Below are positions 37,097-48,085 of a DNA stretch of 64,000 nucleotides, in pieces (the stretch's first letter is position 1; each line of letters begins with the position of its first letter). The translations under genes were made by a program, and so were the position numbers. The notes under the pieces were generated by a model. It was not told the origin of the DNA. It saw only the letters and a program-made list of their open reading frames with translations, and searched no databases. This DNA is from an uncultured virus (IMG/VR IMGVR_UViG_3300025168_000065) (Duplodnaviria; Heunggongvirae; Uroviricota; Caudoviricetes; Crassvirales), in the IMG/VR virus record IMGVR_UViG_3300025168_000065; one strand, given 5' to 3'.

Positions 37097-38200
37097 TTAT
37101 ACTTTTTTTATACTTCTTATTTTGAGTCCTTTACCACTACTATTATCACCTACGGTTCTAATCTTCAATCCATCTTTACTGAATGTCTGAGGAGTTTTAC
37201 GCATGTCCATATTAATGTTTTTAGATTTCTTAGTAACATTATCTACAGCTTCGGTCATCCCCTGATTGTAAAAAAATTCAGCAAATTTGTCGAGATTCAT
37301 AGCTACCGACATAGCTCTATGATATCCTTGAGCGTCATTCATCAATCCTGACTCTGCATCCATATACTTGTTTACAAAGTTGTTTACATTAGATTGTTTA
37401 CTTTTTAACTCATCTCTATCACCAGGTTTAAAGTTAAAACTTTTTTCTCCGATATTGAACTCAAAACCTTTGAACTCATCGTTAAAAACCTCATCAGTCT
37501 TTGATAAAAAATAGTCATACCTTTTCTTCTGTGCTTCTTTAGCAGTGTTAGATTCCTCTACATAACTTTTATAGCTATTAAATTCTTCCATGTTCTCTTT
37601 AGATAAACCCTTCCCACTTGACTCAAGAGGAAGTTTATATTTATCTTTTTGTTCATTTAAAAACTTTTTAGCTTTTACAAGTTCTCTTTTTTTGGCTAAT
37701 TGCTTTTTCTTAATATCTTTAGCATCATCTAAATCTTCGTCAAACGAAAACTTATCTTCTATAATGTCTGAGATATCACTACTATCCAACCCTTCTTCTG
37801 TTGAATTGTAATAAGCTCTTAGCACTTGGTCACCATCCATTTCATCATAGTCCTTTTGTAATTTTACAAAGTCTTCGATTCCACGTCCAGTTTCTTTTTT
37901 GTACTTAAAATATGCTGAGACATCTTCAGGTAAATCTTCATTTGATTCTTTCGTTTCAAATAATTGATCTACTGAATCTATGTCTTTATCATATCTGCTT
38001 TTAATATATGAAAGAACGTCTGCATCATTTAACTCTGGTGCGGGAGTTTCTTCTTTTACTTCTATTTTTTCTGGCTCTGAATCTTTATTTTCTGTTGATT
38101 CAAATTTTTCTTCATGTTCTTTAAGTAGTTTTTCTTCTATTTCTACTTTGGATTTTTCAACCCCTGTCACATCTTTTACTATAATTTTTTGCTCGTCCAT
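37097..38200 (-). CDS. capsid scaffolding protein
   Basis: Highly acidic and helical; between portal and capsid; TAACTTTG box at 38221-38228. Confidence 0.75.
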   Translation of the reverse strand: MDEQKIIVKDVTGVEKSKVEIEEKLLKEHEEKFESTENKDSEPEKIEVKEETPAPELNDADVLSYIKSRYDKDIDSVDQLFETKESNEDLPEDVSAYFKYKKETGRGIEDFVKLQKDYDEMDGDQVLRAYYNSTEEGLDSSDISDIIEDKFSFDEDLDDAKDIKKKQLAKKRELVKAKKFLNEQKDKYKLPLESSGKGLSKENMEEFNSYKSYVEESNTAKEAQKKRYDYFLSKTDEVFNDEFKGFEFNIGEKSFNFKPGDRDELKSKQSNVNNFVNKYMDAESGLMNDAQGYHRAMSVAMNLDKFAEFFYNQGMTEAVDNVTKKSKNINMDMRKTPQTFSKDGLKIRTVGDNSSGKGLKIRSIKKV

Positions 38201-38254
38201 TTTATTTAATTTAATTTATACAAAGTTAATACTATTTTTATAGGTTTTTCAAGC

Positions 38255-40690
38255 TTATCGAGGCTCAAATTCTGCTAAGTCAAAACCATCTAAACTATCC
38301 TCATTAGACTCAAAGTTAATCGGGGGAAGGTTTCTTTTTCGTTGTTCAATCATTTTAGATTGCTGTGTATTCCCTTGACTTATACGCTCAGCCTTTGCAT
38401 CCTCTTTTTGTGTTTCTCTTGCGTCAATTTGTGATTGCTCCATACCTCTTAGTTGCATATTCATATTGAATTCAACTTGCATTAATTGGCGTTTAAGGTC
38501 TGCTTCATTTTTTTGTTTCTCAATTTCAAAAGCTATCTCAGCTTGTTTGATTTGTATTTTAGCTTGAAGCTCTGCCTGTGTTTGTTGCATTTTAGATTGA
38601 GCTGCTTGTTGTTGCAATTGTTGTTGTTGTTGGTTTTGCATTGCCTGCTTCTGCTGCTCTTGAGCTTGTTTTTCTGCAGCACTCTGTTTACGCTTAACCT
38701 TTAATAATTGATTAGCCATCTTAAGATTATTAATAGTTCTAATATCAATAGCATCTTCTAAGTCAATACCTTGTTGTTGTAATGCCATTTGTATATTAGC
38801 TTCTAATTGAGCCTTTTCTTCTTCATCAGGACTCATCTCTATAAATATTCCAAAGTCATATATATATAGATTTTTTATTTCATCTAAAATATTTAAATTG
38901 TATTTACCAATCTGCATTGCAAACTCATCTCTAAAATCTGCATACTGTAATACATCTGCAGTTCTAATAGATAAACATTCTGCTAATGTTTTAGTTATAT
39001 ATAAACTTGCATTTAATATATGTCTTGTTGCTACATTAGAATTTAATGCAGCTAATTTCTGTATACCAACTAAAGAATTTGGATCAGGTGTTGATGCATC
39101 ACGAGCTTCATTTAATCCTGTAACCTGTCTCATCATATTTAAATAATGATTATAATTACCAATAAGCATTTGCATTTTACTTTGACCACTATTAGATGTT
39201 AATTGAGTAATTGGAACTTTAGCATTATTAAACTCACCATCTTGAGTATAACTTCTACCTACCACACTACCTGTTTGGAAGTATAACCTTAAAGCATCTT
39301 CAGGATTATAAGCAGCACCTGTGCCTAAGTCTACCTCACTTAATCCATCAGCATCTATAAATACACCGTCTGGAACAACCTTAGAAACAACTTGCTGAAT
39401 CTTTAAATGTGATATTTGAATTAAGTCTGCAAAAGGAATCATTCTTCTAACTAAAGACTCTAAAGTTCCTTTGTACATTCTTGGAGCACACGCTACATAG
39501 TTAGGCATAGCAAATTGATTAGCAGAATTTGGACGCACCATATTCTCCATCATTTCCCATTTTAATATAATATTAGTACCCATAACCATAACCCCCTCAT
39601 ACCAAACATCAATTCTTTTTTCTACTCTTTCAAACTCTCCTTCGTCCATCATTTCTTGTGGAGGATTGAATTGGTCGTCCTTCTCTACTGTTTTAAAAGT
39701 TCCTTCTGAAACTTTCTTTTTCTTATAAACAAAACTATTTGTTGTCTTGTAATTAAAATATAGTAAAGTACAAGTATCTCTTGAGAACATACTATTCTCA
39801 TACATAGCCGCTACGTTATAGTAGTCATACCATGACTGGCTATACTTAGATATTTTCTCCATGTCTTCATTAGTTATATCTGGATCAATCTTAACTAACT
39901 CTCCAATTGGAACTGTTTTTATTTCTCCCCAATAAAATGTGTCTTTAAAATATGGGTCCTCTGTGTAACTGTAAACAACATTTGCTGGATCAACATACTC
40001 TACTCTAATGCCATCACCAGATTGAAACATATGTTTTGTAATACCTATACCTAAAGTTGTTATATCCATATCAACTCTTTTACGAGTATCTACATAATGG
40101 TTTTCTTCAAGCATAGTATTAATAGCAATTTCATTAGCTATCTCTATCCCTGGCTTGTAATTAAGCTGCATATATAATTCCATTTCACTATCCGTTTCAG
40201 GTAGTGTTTTAGGATCAACATCAAACATAGGTACTTTAAAGTCTTGTTCTATCTGAAGAAATAATGATTTTGAAATTGAGTTTCTCTCTACCATACTTTG
40301 AAACTGATTTCTTTTTTCAGCAGACATAGCGTCCATAGCAACGCAGTTTATTTTAAATAATCTGTCTGACATACCATTAACAACTATATCTACAAACTTA
40401 GGTATGATAGGAACGGGAGTCCAATCTAAATTTAAATAAGATAAATCTCCATCAACTGCTAATTCATTTTTATATTTAGCAATAGGTTGTTCGCCTCTTG
40501 CGTACAGTCTTAACCTATGAAATTCTTGCCATTGATTATAAAATCTACACCCTCCTCCATCTTTTCTAAACCACTCATATTGTATAGCTTGACCAACTTG
40601 TAACCCAAATTCATCAGTGGCTTTTTTAGCATCACTCGTGAATTGATCTGGGAAGGCTGTTGACTTTATATTTATATTGACTTCTTTCAT
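38255..40690 (-). CDS. portal protein
   Basis: 811 aa after the terminase; PIIPKFVDIVV, VTGLNEARD and Gln-rich C-terminal coil. Confidence 0.85.
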   Translation of the reverse strand: MKEVNINIKSTAFPDQFTSDAKKATDEFGLQVGQAIQYEWFRKDGGGCRFYNQWQEFHRLRLYARGEQPIAKYKNELAVDGDLSYLNLDWTPVPIIPKFVDIVVNGMSDRLFKINCVAMDAMSAEKRNQFQSMVERNSISKSLFLQIEQDFKVPMFDVDPKTLPETDSEMELYMQLNYKPGIEIANEIAINTMLEENHYVDTRKRVDMDITTLGIGITKHMFQSGDGIRVEYVDPANVVYSYTEDPYFKDTFYWGEIKTVPIGELVKIDPDITNEDMEKISKYSQSWYDYYNVAAMYENSMFSRDTCTLLYFNYKTTNSFVYKKKKVSEGTFKTVEKDDQFNPPQEMMDEGEFERVEKRIDVWYEGVMVMGTNIILKWEMMENMVRPNSANQFAMPNYVACAPRMYKGTLESLVRRMIPFADLIQISHLKIQQVVSKVVPDGVFIDADGLSEVDLGTGAAYNPEDALRLYFQTGSVVGRSYTQDGEFNNAKVPITQLTSNSGQSKMQMLIGNYNHYLNMMRQVTGLNEARDASTPDPNSLVGIQKLAALNSNVATRHILNASLYITKTLAECLSIRTADVLQYADFRDEFAMQIGKYNLNILDEIKNLYIYDFGIFIEMSPDEEEKAQLEANIQMALQQQGIDLEDAIDIRTINNLKMANQLLKVKRKQSAAEKQAQEQQKQAMQNQQQQQLQQQAAQSKMQQTQAELQAKIQIKQAEIAFEIEKQKNEADLKRQLMQVEFNMNMQLRGMEQSQIDARETQKEDAKAERISQGNTQQSKMIEQRKRNLPPINFESNEDSLDGFDLAEFEPR

Positions 40691-42975
40691 GTAATTATTT
40701 GACTTTTATTGGAGGAATTATTATATCTCGCAAAGTTAATACTTATTTTTGATTTTTCTTTAGACGGTGTGTATAAGTGCTTCTGGTTGGCCATGATAGC
40801 TAATCCTGAACTTATAGCTGCATCAAACTTTGTTCTATTGCTAATATCAAATTTAGCCCAGTCTTCTAATGTTTTTCCAAAATACATTACACCCATGTCT
40901 CCAGCGTCTCTATAGTCTCCATTAAAATCTATTCCTACATATTTTTCTATGTATGATTCTATAGCAGAAGCATGAGATTGTTTTACGTCTTCAGAAGTAT
41001 TAGGTATACCTCCTAATTCTCTTTCTGTTTTAGATAATTTATTATAAGTTTTGTCTGGTCTGTTTAAAGAAAAACCTCTGTAACCTCTATTTTTAAAATG
41101 ATAAAGCAACCTGGGTTTATTGTTTTCACAAAGTATAGGCATACCATAAAATATACAAGCCATTAATACTTCTTCAAAAAATATTTCAGCTGTCTGTGGC
41201 CTTGCAATGTATTCTAAAAAAAACTCATTACTTGGAGCGTCTTCCATACTAAATTTAGTTAATCCATGTAAGGCACCATTAGATCCTTTTCCAACTACCA
41301 CTCCAGATATATCGTAAGAGTCACATCCAAAAGAACCTATATGTTCGTTCCCTGGTTTTTTAATTCCTCTTTGTGATACAATATTATTTTGTAAATGTGG
41401 AGGAGGTGTCCAGCTCACTAAAAATCTTCCATGCTTATTAGGACTCCAAATTACCTCAGTATCTTTTATACCGTTCTTCCAAGAAAAAGATCCTCTTGTT
41501 AAATGATGATGAATAATTAAAGAATCATTATAATCTACCTGTTGGTATATTTTAGTTAAGTTAAATATAGACTGCTTACTTTCATCTCTAAATGCATGAG
41601 ACTCAGTACGAGGAAATTGTCTGTAAAATTCATTTAATGCGTCAGCATCTTGCGATAAAGAATCAACTTCGTTTTTCCAATAATCAATAGCGCCAAGAGA
41701 TATAGGCTCCCCATCAATACCTATTATTGGGGTTTTTGGAGAATGTAATACTGGCATACCATATCTATCTATGTATCCTTCAAAGTTCCATTCCATTGGA
41801 ACAAACAAACAATACAAACCACTTTTAGTTTGTCCATTTGCATTTCGTTTATTTGGCATAGAGTCTTCATATAAAGATTTAAAATTATTACCACCCTTAT
41901 CTAAAGCATTAGATGTTGACCCCATCATACACTTACCTATAACCTTACTACCTAATCGTAAACAAGTTTTAGTTACCCTCCAGTTGTTTAATATATTATC
42001 AGGCCTTTCCCATTTACCACTTTCATCATGTAATAATAACTGTAGCTTCTCCCCATCATAACTATTATCCCCTGTGTTTTTCCAGTCAATAGTAGTATCT
42101 AAACCTTCTAACTCTTCTTCAGCTAAATTGTGCATGTTTTTTTTAGTAATCTTAGACGCTGGAACTCTATAAGCTAACTCTGTTTTAGGCTTATCCATAC
42201 CATCTTGTATAGGTTTAAAAAAGAAAGGATAGTTGTTAGATATTGGAACTACTTTATCTGTAAACATTTTTTTAGCATCTGATCCAGATTTTGAAAGTAT
42301 TCCTATACGAGCATCTTTAGTTATAGTAGCCTGATTAACACCTTCACACGAGCTCATAAATGAAAATCCTGAACGCCTTATTTTTAAATAACACATTCCA
42401 AAACTTCTTTTATCTGCCTTACATGCTTCCCAAAAAATATAGAATATTCTATTTGCTTCTCTAAAGTCTGGATTACCAACATCAATCTTAGTCCACTGTA
42501 AATACATATAATGAGTACCAGTAATATAAGTAGGGACACCATTATTCATAAACCAATATCCTTGTTCTCTTCTATTAAACTCTTCTTCTATATAGTCAAC
42601 CCATTGAGACTTAAATGTATCAGGGGTTTCGTGCCATTGAAATATAGACTTTACCCTGTTTAATTCTTTAGATATTGGATGCGCTTCCCAGTACTGCTCT
42701 TGTTTATCTTTAGATCTTTTATATATATTTTTAGGAACTTTTGGAAGTGCAATCCTTAATCCATTTATATCAATCACACTTTCTATCTGTCCTGTTTTTG
42801 ATATTACAACAACATCATACTTTTCATTATAACCATAGAGCCATGTCCTTGCTCTGTTCTTATTTGATATAACAGAGTTAGGAATAACTTTACTTATTTC
42901 TTTATATAATTTATTTTGATCTTGACTCTGCAAATCCTTTAGGTGTATTATTTTTCTTTTCTGCAACGTTTCCAT
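40687..42975 (-). CDS. terL: terminase large subunit
   Basis: YITGTHY, KIRRSGFS (Walker A-like), LLHDESGK (Walker B), GCDSYD and D-containing C-terminal nuclease motifs; exact start uncertain. Confidence 0.88.
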   Translation of the reverse strand: METLQKRKIIHLKDLQSQDQNKLYKEISKVIPNSVISNKNRARTWLYGYNEKYDVVVISKTGQIESVIDINGLRIALPKVPKNIYKRSKDKQEQYWEAHPISKELNRVKSIFQWHETPDTFKSQWVDYIEEEFNRREQGYWFMNNGVPTYITGTHYMYLQWTKIDVGNPDFREANRIFYIFWEACKADKRSFGMCYLKIRRSGFSFMSSCEGVNQATITKDARIGILSKSGSDAKKMFTDKVVPISNNYPFFFKPIQDGMDKPKTELAYRVPASKITKKNMHNLAEEELEGLDTTIDWKNTGDNSYDGEKLQLLLHDESGKWERPDNILNNWRVTKTCLRLGSKVIGKCMMGSTSNALDKGGNNFKSLYEDSMPNKRNANGQTKSGLYCLFVPMEWNFEGYIDRYGMPVLHSPKTPIIGIDGEPISLGAIDYWKNEVDSLSQDADALNEFYRQFPRTESHAFRDESKQSIFNLTKIYQQVDYNDSLIIHHHLTRGSFSWKNGIKDTEVIWSPNKHGRFLVSWTPPPHLQNNIVSQRGIKKPGNEHIGSFGCDSYDISGVVVGKGSNGALHGLTKFSMEDAPSNEFFLEYIARPQTAEIFFEEVLMACIFYGMPILCENNKPRLLYHFKNRGYRGFSLNRPDKTYNKLSKTERELGGIPNTSEDVKQSHASAIESYIEKYVGIDFNGDYRDAGDMGVMYFGKTLEDWAKFDISNRTKFDAAISSGLAIMANQKHLYTPSKEKSKISINFARYNNSSNKSQIIT

Positions 42976-43189
42976 TAAGCATTGCTCTTTCTTCTTCTAT
43001 TCTTTTAAGTATTTCAAAAGCATCCATAATACAAAGCTTCTTAGTAGCAGCCGCATTTTTTAATCTATCAGCAGCCAACGGATCTTCAGACTCATACTTT
43101 ATTATATCTTCTTTAGCTACTTTGATTAATTGTTTAACAGCTTTCTCTCCTGCCTTTATTATTTCTTCTTTAATTTCTTTAGTATCCAT
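42911..43189 (-). CDS. probable terminase small subunit
   Basis: Short helical protein immediately upstream of terL. Confidence 0.55.
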   Translation of the reverse strand: MDTKEIKEEIIKAGEKAVKQLIKVAKEDIIKYESEDPLAADRLKNAAATKKLCIMDAFEILKRIEEERAMLNGNVAEKKNNTPKGFAESRSK

Positions 43190-43761
43190 TACTTAAATTT
43201 ATAAAATATTACATAAACTTCTCTGCCTTCTTTCCAAGATGTATTAGGAAATTTACTATGAAAGTAATTAGAAGGGTAAGATAAAATTCTATTTTGCTGA
43301 TACCCCACTACAGATGAAAGCCTCCATTTCTCCAGCATCTCAGAATCTTCAGTAAGTAATAAATCAAATTCTTTATCGCTAATATCCATAGGTAATTCCT
43401 TACCATATACATCGTGTTCATAAAAAGCAGTCCCATGTAAATCTTCTAATTCTCTTGGAGACATATATAAAACAGCAGCCCTATCTGGACGCTCTCCTTT
43501 TATCTTAGCGTCTGCATGTATTCTCCAGTCATCATCAAACTCAGCATTAGACATTCTAAAAAAACTTAATATATTATATAGTTTCTTACCTTCAAACTTA
43601 GATAGTTTATTTAATACATAATTATCAAACTCTTCGTTAGACTCTTGAATATAAAAATTTTTATCTCCAGCTTTTTTCTCAGTCCAACTTCCTTTTTTTA
43701 AATAGTTGTTAGCTATCTCAAATAATTTTTTATCTATAAAATCATCCAGTATATATATCAT
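43189..43761 (-). CDS. 2OG-Fe(II) oxygenase-like protein
   Basis: IYILDDF, WRIHAD (HxD), VLYM, GTAFY, NR..Y...FHS and distal Arg. Confidence 0.8.
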   Translation of the reverse strand: MIYILDDFIDKKLFEIANNYLKKGSWTEKKAGDKNFYIQESNEEFDNYVLNKLSKFEGKKLYNILSFFRMSNAEFDDDWRIHADAKIKGERPDRAAVLYMSPRELEDLHGTAFYEHDVYGKELPMDISDKEFDLLLTEDSEMLEKWRLSSVVGYQQNRILSYPSNYFHSKFPNTSWKEGREVYVIFYKFK

Positions 43762-44321
43762 ACAATCATTGTTATGTTATTAGTAAACATTCTATATAGC
43801 TTTTCATCATCTACTGTAAAAGGATATTCACTGTCAGGGGTAAATGATATTTGATCCCCTTCCTTTACACCTAAATCTAAAAGCTCTTGGTTAATATATT
43901 TAATAGTTCCAAATAAAGGTTCTTCACTGCCTCCCTTAAAAATATAAGAATCTGTAAGTGGAGCTGGCTTTACAAAACAATACTTTCCATGGGCTTTCCA
44001 TTTTCCTTTTTGTTTGTATAAAAAAAACTGTTCGTTATCTACTAAGAATAAGTTTTCTTTTAAAAAACTTCTACCACTTTTTTCTCTTCCATACATATCA
44101 TAATAAAACTTAAATACATTATGATGTACTAATAAAGTATCTCCTATTTCTATAGGTCCTTTATAATTAATAGGTAAGGAGACTACTTCTGAAAATCTAT
44201 TAGAAGCCTCATGATCTTCTTGTGAAGAGCTGGTGATAAATTCTACACCACTTATACTTTTAATATTGTCATACCTCCTGTTGTTTAAAGGTTTAACAAT
44301 AAAGTTATATGGAGACCTCAT
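43758..44321 (-). CDS. GroES-like protein with two tandem GroES-type domains
   Basis: FIVKP..EVVSLP..IEIGDTLLVH, then FVKP..GTIKY..GVKEGDQISF. Confidence 0.6.
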   Translation of the reverse strand: MRSPYNFIVKPLNNRRYDNIKSISGVEFITSSSQEDHEASNRFSEVVSLPINYKGPIEIGDTLLVHHNVFKFYYDMYGREKSGRSFLKENLFLVDNEQFFLYKQKGKWKAHGKYCFVKPAPLTDSYIFKGGSEEPLFGTIKYINQELLDLGVKEGDQISFTPDSEYPFTVDDEKLYRMFTNNITMIV

Positions 44322-44539
44322 TAGAAGTTTATGTTAAATTCTAAAGATATAGGTAGTGTACTTAAAAATTCTTTCCACATATATATCTCATCATTTCTCT
44401 GTATCCAGATCTTATAAGACCTTTCACTTCCTTGAATTAAATGTATTGTATGTGAGCCGCCTAAAACTTCTTGACCGACTATGTAGTGCATTGCTCCAGA
44501 CTTATAGTCAGAGCCAATTGATATTTTTCTAATGTCCAT
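44321..44539 (-). CDS. hypothetical protein
   Basis: 72 aa; IRKISIG.DYK..AMHY.VGQ motif. Confidence 0.7.
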   Translation of the reverse strand: MDIRKISIGSDYKSGAMHYIVGQEVLGGSHTIHLIQGSERSYKIWIQRNDEIYMWKEFLSTLPISLEFNINF

Positions 44540-44563
44540 TTCATTTAATTTAATTATATATTA

Positions 44564-46561
44564 TTATGGCACATTTTGTTCAAACGCCATATTTACATCC
44601 ATTAATAGTTTAGGTTTCCAAGATATATTAGTATCTGTTCTTCTCATAGTCATAAAAACTGCATCTCCAACATTAATATTTTGATTACCCGTAATAGTTA
44701 CCGTAGCACAATTAATAGCTGTTGCTGATACTGATATATCAGTAGAAGATATTGGTAACATAGAAGATGGAGTACATTTAGGACCTGTTATTTTCCAGAA
44801 CTCAACATTAATATCTGCATCTGCAGAAGTTGTAATTGCTAAATCAATTTGACAAATAGTCGCCATAGAAAGATAGGTCTGACAACGTGTATTTGTATTT
44901 TTAAAAATTTGTCCTGCTAAAAAATCTTGCACACTATATATTGTTCCTGAAGGAATGTTAGGTAATGGATTGTGAATAGCATTTGTACCATCACCAGCTA
45001 CTAAATCAAGATTACTATTTAATGTGTAATATATATTATTAGTCATTGAAACTGTATTATTTATATAATACCTTTCGTTAAATATAAATCCACTTAATTG
45101 AGCAGCGCCTCCTGTTGCTGCTATTGTCATCTGTGAAGCACTATTTCTGGTAATAGTAACGCCTGTTCCCGCTGATAAAGTTACAGGGTCTGCTGTACCG
45201 TCACTTCCTGTTAATGTAATATTTGTAGTTCCAACAGGTACATCTAAGTCGTATGTAGTATTTGTTCCTGCTGCTGAAGACCAAGCTAAGGCTGTACCTG
45301 TAGAGGTAAGAACTTGTCCTGCTGTCCCAACACTTGCAACGCCATCTTGAATTACTCCTGGTATAGCTGTAGGTACGGTTAAAGAAGCTGAACCTGTTAA
45401 AGTAATAGAAGTAGTAGAAGTAGCTCCTACTGCTAAAACGTTATCTAAAGTACAACATGCTGGAGGGGTTATCCAAGACAATCCTGTTCCTGTTGATGTT
45501 AAATATTGACCAGCCGATCCTGATGATGATGACCCATCTTGTATGGTAGCAGGCTCTATAAATCCTGTTAATGTAATATTTGCATTTGCTCCTGTAGCAG
45601 AATTCCCTGCTGTCAATACTTGTTGCAATGTTTGTGCTGATGCAGATGATGTTATCCAAGAAACACCCCCAGAACCTGTTGATGATAATATCTGTCCTGC
45701 TGTCCCTGTTGTAACTCCATCATATAAGCTTCCTGACAAAGCAATAGCAGCTGTTGATGATGTAGTTCCAGTAGCGCTAAAAGTATTGTTTCCGCTAAAA
45801 GTATTTGTTCCTGCAGAAGAAATATTATTGCTTGATCCAAATGTCCACGTGCTTGTACCGCTTAGTGTAACACTCTGACCAACCGATGTAGCTCCTGCTG
45901 CTAAAGTATCTTGTAGATTGCAACATGATGTAGATGGTATTGTACTACTCCATTCTACTCCTGTTCCTGCTGCATCTACTGTTAACCACTGACCAGCTGT
46001 TCCTGTACTACCTGTACTATCATTAATTTGACCTGTAGTATTAAAACTTAATTGTGTGGAATTAATATTTACTTGGCCAGTAAAAGTACTTGTACCTGTG
46101 TTAAGTAATGTAGCAGGAGTTATTATTTGTAACTGACCTCCTGCATCTTTTATTTCTAATGTATTTCCACTAACAATAACTTTTTGAGTGGCAGTATTTC
46201 CAACAGTTAAAGAGGCATCCCAGCTACTAACTGAAGTTGAAGGACTTGGTATCCACGCTAAACCTGTTCCAGTTGAACTTAATATTTGACCCGATGTCCC
46301 TGTACTACCTCCTGCTGTTATAGTAGTTGGCTCTACAGTACCAAAAACAATTATGTTACCTGTAAGAGTAATATTTTGTGTGGCAACATTACCTGTGTCT
46401 AAAACTGATTGTAAATCTTGAGCAACACCTCCTGCGCCTACTATATCACTTACTAAAAATGTAACTGTTTCATTATTATTATCAACATCAGTACCTATCA
46501 GTAAATCGCTTGCTGATGGAAGTACCGTAGGGTATGCAGTAGTGTTTTCAATTTTTGCCAT
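44564..46561 (-). CDS. fibre-like protein with five internal repeats
   Basis: LQSVLDTGN/LQDTLAAGA/LQQVLTAGN-type motifs alternating with GTAGQxLxSTGTG.xW. Confidence 0.75.
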   Translation of the reverse strand: MAKIENTTAYPTVLPSASDLLIGTDVDNNNETVTFLVSDIVGAGGVAQDLQSVLDTGNVATQNITLTGNIIVFGTVEPTTITAGGSTGTSGQILSSTGTGLAWIPSPSTSVSSWDASLTVGNTATQKVIVSGNTLEIKDAGGQLQIITPATLLNTGTSTFTGQVNINSTQLSFNTTGQINDSTGSTGTAGQWLTVDAAGTGVEWSSTIPSTSCCNLQDTLAAGATSVGQSVTLSGTSTWTFGSSNNISSAGTNTFSGNNTFSATGTTSSTAAIALSGSLYDGVTTGTAGQILSSTGSGGVSWITSSASAQTLQQVLTAGNSATGANANITLTGFIEPATIQDGSSSSGSAGQYLTSTGTGLSWITPPACCTLDNVLAVGATSTTSITLTGSASLTVPTAIPGVIQDGVASVGTAGQVLTSTGTALAWSSAAGTNTTYDLDVPVGTTNITLTGSDGTADPVTLSAGTGVTITRNSASQMTIAATGGAAQLSGFIFNERYYINNTVSMTNNIYYTLNSNLDLVAGDGTNAIHNPLPNIPSGTIYSVQDFLAGQIFKNTNTRCQTYLSMATICQIDLAITTSADADINVEFWKITGPKCTPSSMLPISSTDISVSATAINCATVTITGNQNINVGDAVFMTMRRTDTNISWKPKLLMDVNMAFEQNVP

Positions 46562-46565
46562 ATCT

Positions 46566-47084
46566 TTATATTTCTACTATTCTATATTGTAAGTTTATTG
46601 TTATCGTCCCATCTCCTAAAGTAAACACACCTCCAAAAGTAGAAAAAAGAAGAGGGTTGTTATCTGTAACTGTATTAACGCCTGTTAACTGCATGTTATA
46701 TGCATAGGAAGCTGTAGCTCCTCCTGTTAAGTCTGTTGAATTTACAGTTGTATAAACAGCTGTACCACATAAAAAACCTGGGTTAGGAGTAGTATATGAA
46801 TATGCTGTTGTGTTGAAAGTATTTGTAATAACTAAAGATCCAAAAGGAACTATAGCCTTACCTGCTCCTGGTGTAGGAACTATAACTACAGGATGGGTGT
46901 GTAGGTTAAGAATTTGAGATTTACTCAATGTTACTGAAGCTATACCACCACCATTAATATTTTGAAAATTAGATACCTTACAAGTCTTAGTCGCATTACT
47001 ATCACTAACATCTGTTAATATTAATAAATCATCAGAGGTTGGTGTTATAGTAGGATAGACTGTAGTATTACTTATTTTCGACAT
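46566..47084 (-). CDS. structural protein sharing an N-terminal anchor with the fibre gene
   Basis: MSKISNTTVYPT..DLLILTD versus MAKIENTTAYPT..DLLIGTD. Confidence 0.7.
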   Translation of the reverse strand: MSKISNTTVYPTITPTSDDLLILTDVSDSNATKTCKVSNFQNINGGGIASVTLSKSQILNLHTHPVVIVPTPGAGKAIVPFGSLVITNTFNTTAYSYTTPNPGFLCGTAVYTTVNSTDLTGGATASYAYNMQLTGVNTVTDNNPLLFSTFGGVFTLGDGTITINLQYRIVEI

Positions 47085-47322
47085 CTTTTTCTTTTTGTTT
47101 TATTTCTCCTGTTTCAAGATTAATTACAGAATCAACACCATACTTTTCCATTAGTGCTTTCTCTAACATTTGAAACTCTGTTTTTAACTCTTCTACTCTT
47201 AAGCAAATCCCATGCTTTTGTAAGCTTAAGTCTCCCAACTGTGTTTTAAATTTATTAAACTCAGTGTTTAACTCTTGTAAACTTGCTAATTCTTTTTCAT
47301 CAATTTTTTTTTGTGCACTCAT
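47068..47322 (-). CDS. small coiled-coil protein
   Basis: LMEKYG..INLETGEI motif; TATCTTTG box at 47355-47362. Confidence 0.7.
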   Translation of the reverse strand: MSAQKKIDEKELASLQELNTEFNKFKTQLGDLSLQKHGICLRVEELKTEFQMLEKALMEKYGVDSVINLETGEIKQKEKDVENK

Positions 47323-47383
47323 TTTTATTAAATTTTATTTGTAATTAATTTTTACAAAGATAATAAAAAGATTGGGATGTGTT

Positions 47384-47791
47384 TTATTTGTTTTCTTTAC
47401 TACTACCTCCAAAAAAGAAATCAACTATAGTATTAACTTTAGCCGACATAGCTCCAAATACGGTAGATATAAAACCTATTTCGTATTCAGATAAAACAAC
47501 TTCGTGTAGAACAAAGTATTTAAACATAGTATATGTAAGTAAGAAGTATGCTATAGTAAATAATGCTGCTAATATTTTCTGAATGAAAGCATCGTCTTTA
47601 TATAAAGATCTTGCGTCTTTACGATCTTCTACTTCTTTATTGAAAGCCTCTCTTTCTGCTTCCAACATTATTCTTTTTATTTCAAGCTTAGCCTTATCAC
47701 GCTCTTCGTCTGTTGTAATGATTTCATCTAATATTCCCTCCGCATTTTCAACAACTTTTCCAAATAATCCTCCTAATAAATTTTTTAGCAT
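47384..47791 (-). CDS. holin-like membrane protein (3TM-holin type)
   Basis: LDEIITTDEER, DRKDAR, two TM helices, FFFGGS. Confidence 0.7.
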   Translation of the reverse strand: MLKNLLGGLFGKVVENAEGILDEIITTDEERDKAKLEIKRIMLEAEREAFNKEVEDRKDARSLYKDDAFIQKILAALFTIAYFLLTYTMFKYFVLHEVVLSEYEIGFISTVFGAMSAKVNTIVDFFFGGSSKENK

Positions 47792-47794
47792 AAC

Positions 47795-48085
47795 TTAATA
47801 TTTTCCCCTTCTGTTAGACGGTGAGCTTTTAGTAGAGCCACCTTTACCTGCCCATAGTTTTTTACAAGACCAGTATCTTGCTGTTAGTTTTGACTTTGCT
47901 GTTCCGCATTTATGTCTGGCTTTAAAAGACTTTCTCGCAGCCGCAGAATAGTTGTGACCATAACCTTTAGCACCAAAGTGAATTAACTTTTCTTTACCGC
48001 CTTCACAAGCCTTAACCATCTTCTTCTTACCTGGGCGGTCAGAAGCTGTAACTCGGTTACATTTCATTCTGCTTTTTTCAGCCAT
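47795..48085 (-). CDS. small basic conserved phage protein
   Basis: KLIHFGAKG, RKSFKARHKC and ARYWSCK motifs. Confidence 0.75.
   Translation of the reverse strand: MAEKSRMKCNRVTASDRPGKKKMVKACEGGKEKLIHFGAKGYGHNYSAAARKSFKARHKCGTAKSKLTARYWSCKKLWAGKGGSTKSSPSNRRGKY

Noticed and set aside
38570..38680. CAA/CAG-rich repeat tract
   Set aside because: Encodes the ordinary Gln-rich coiled-coil tail of the portal protein
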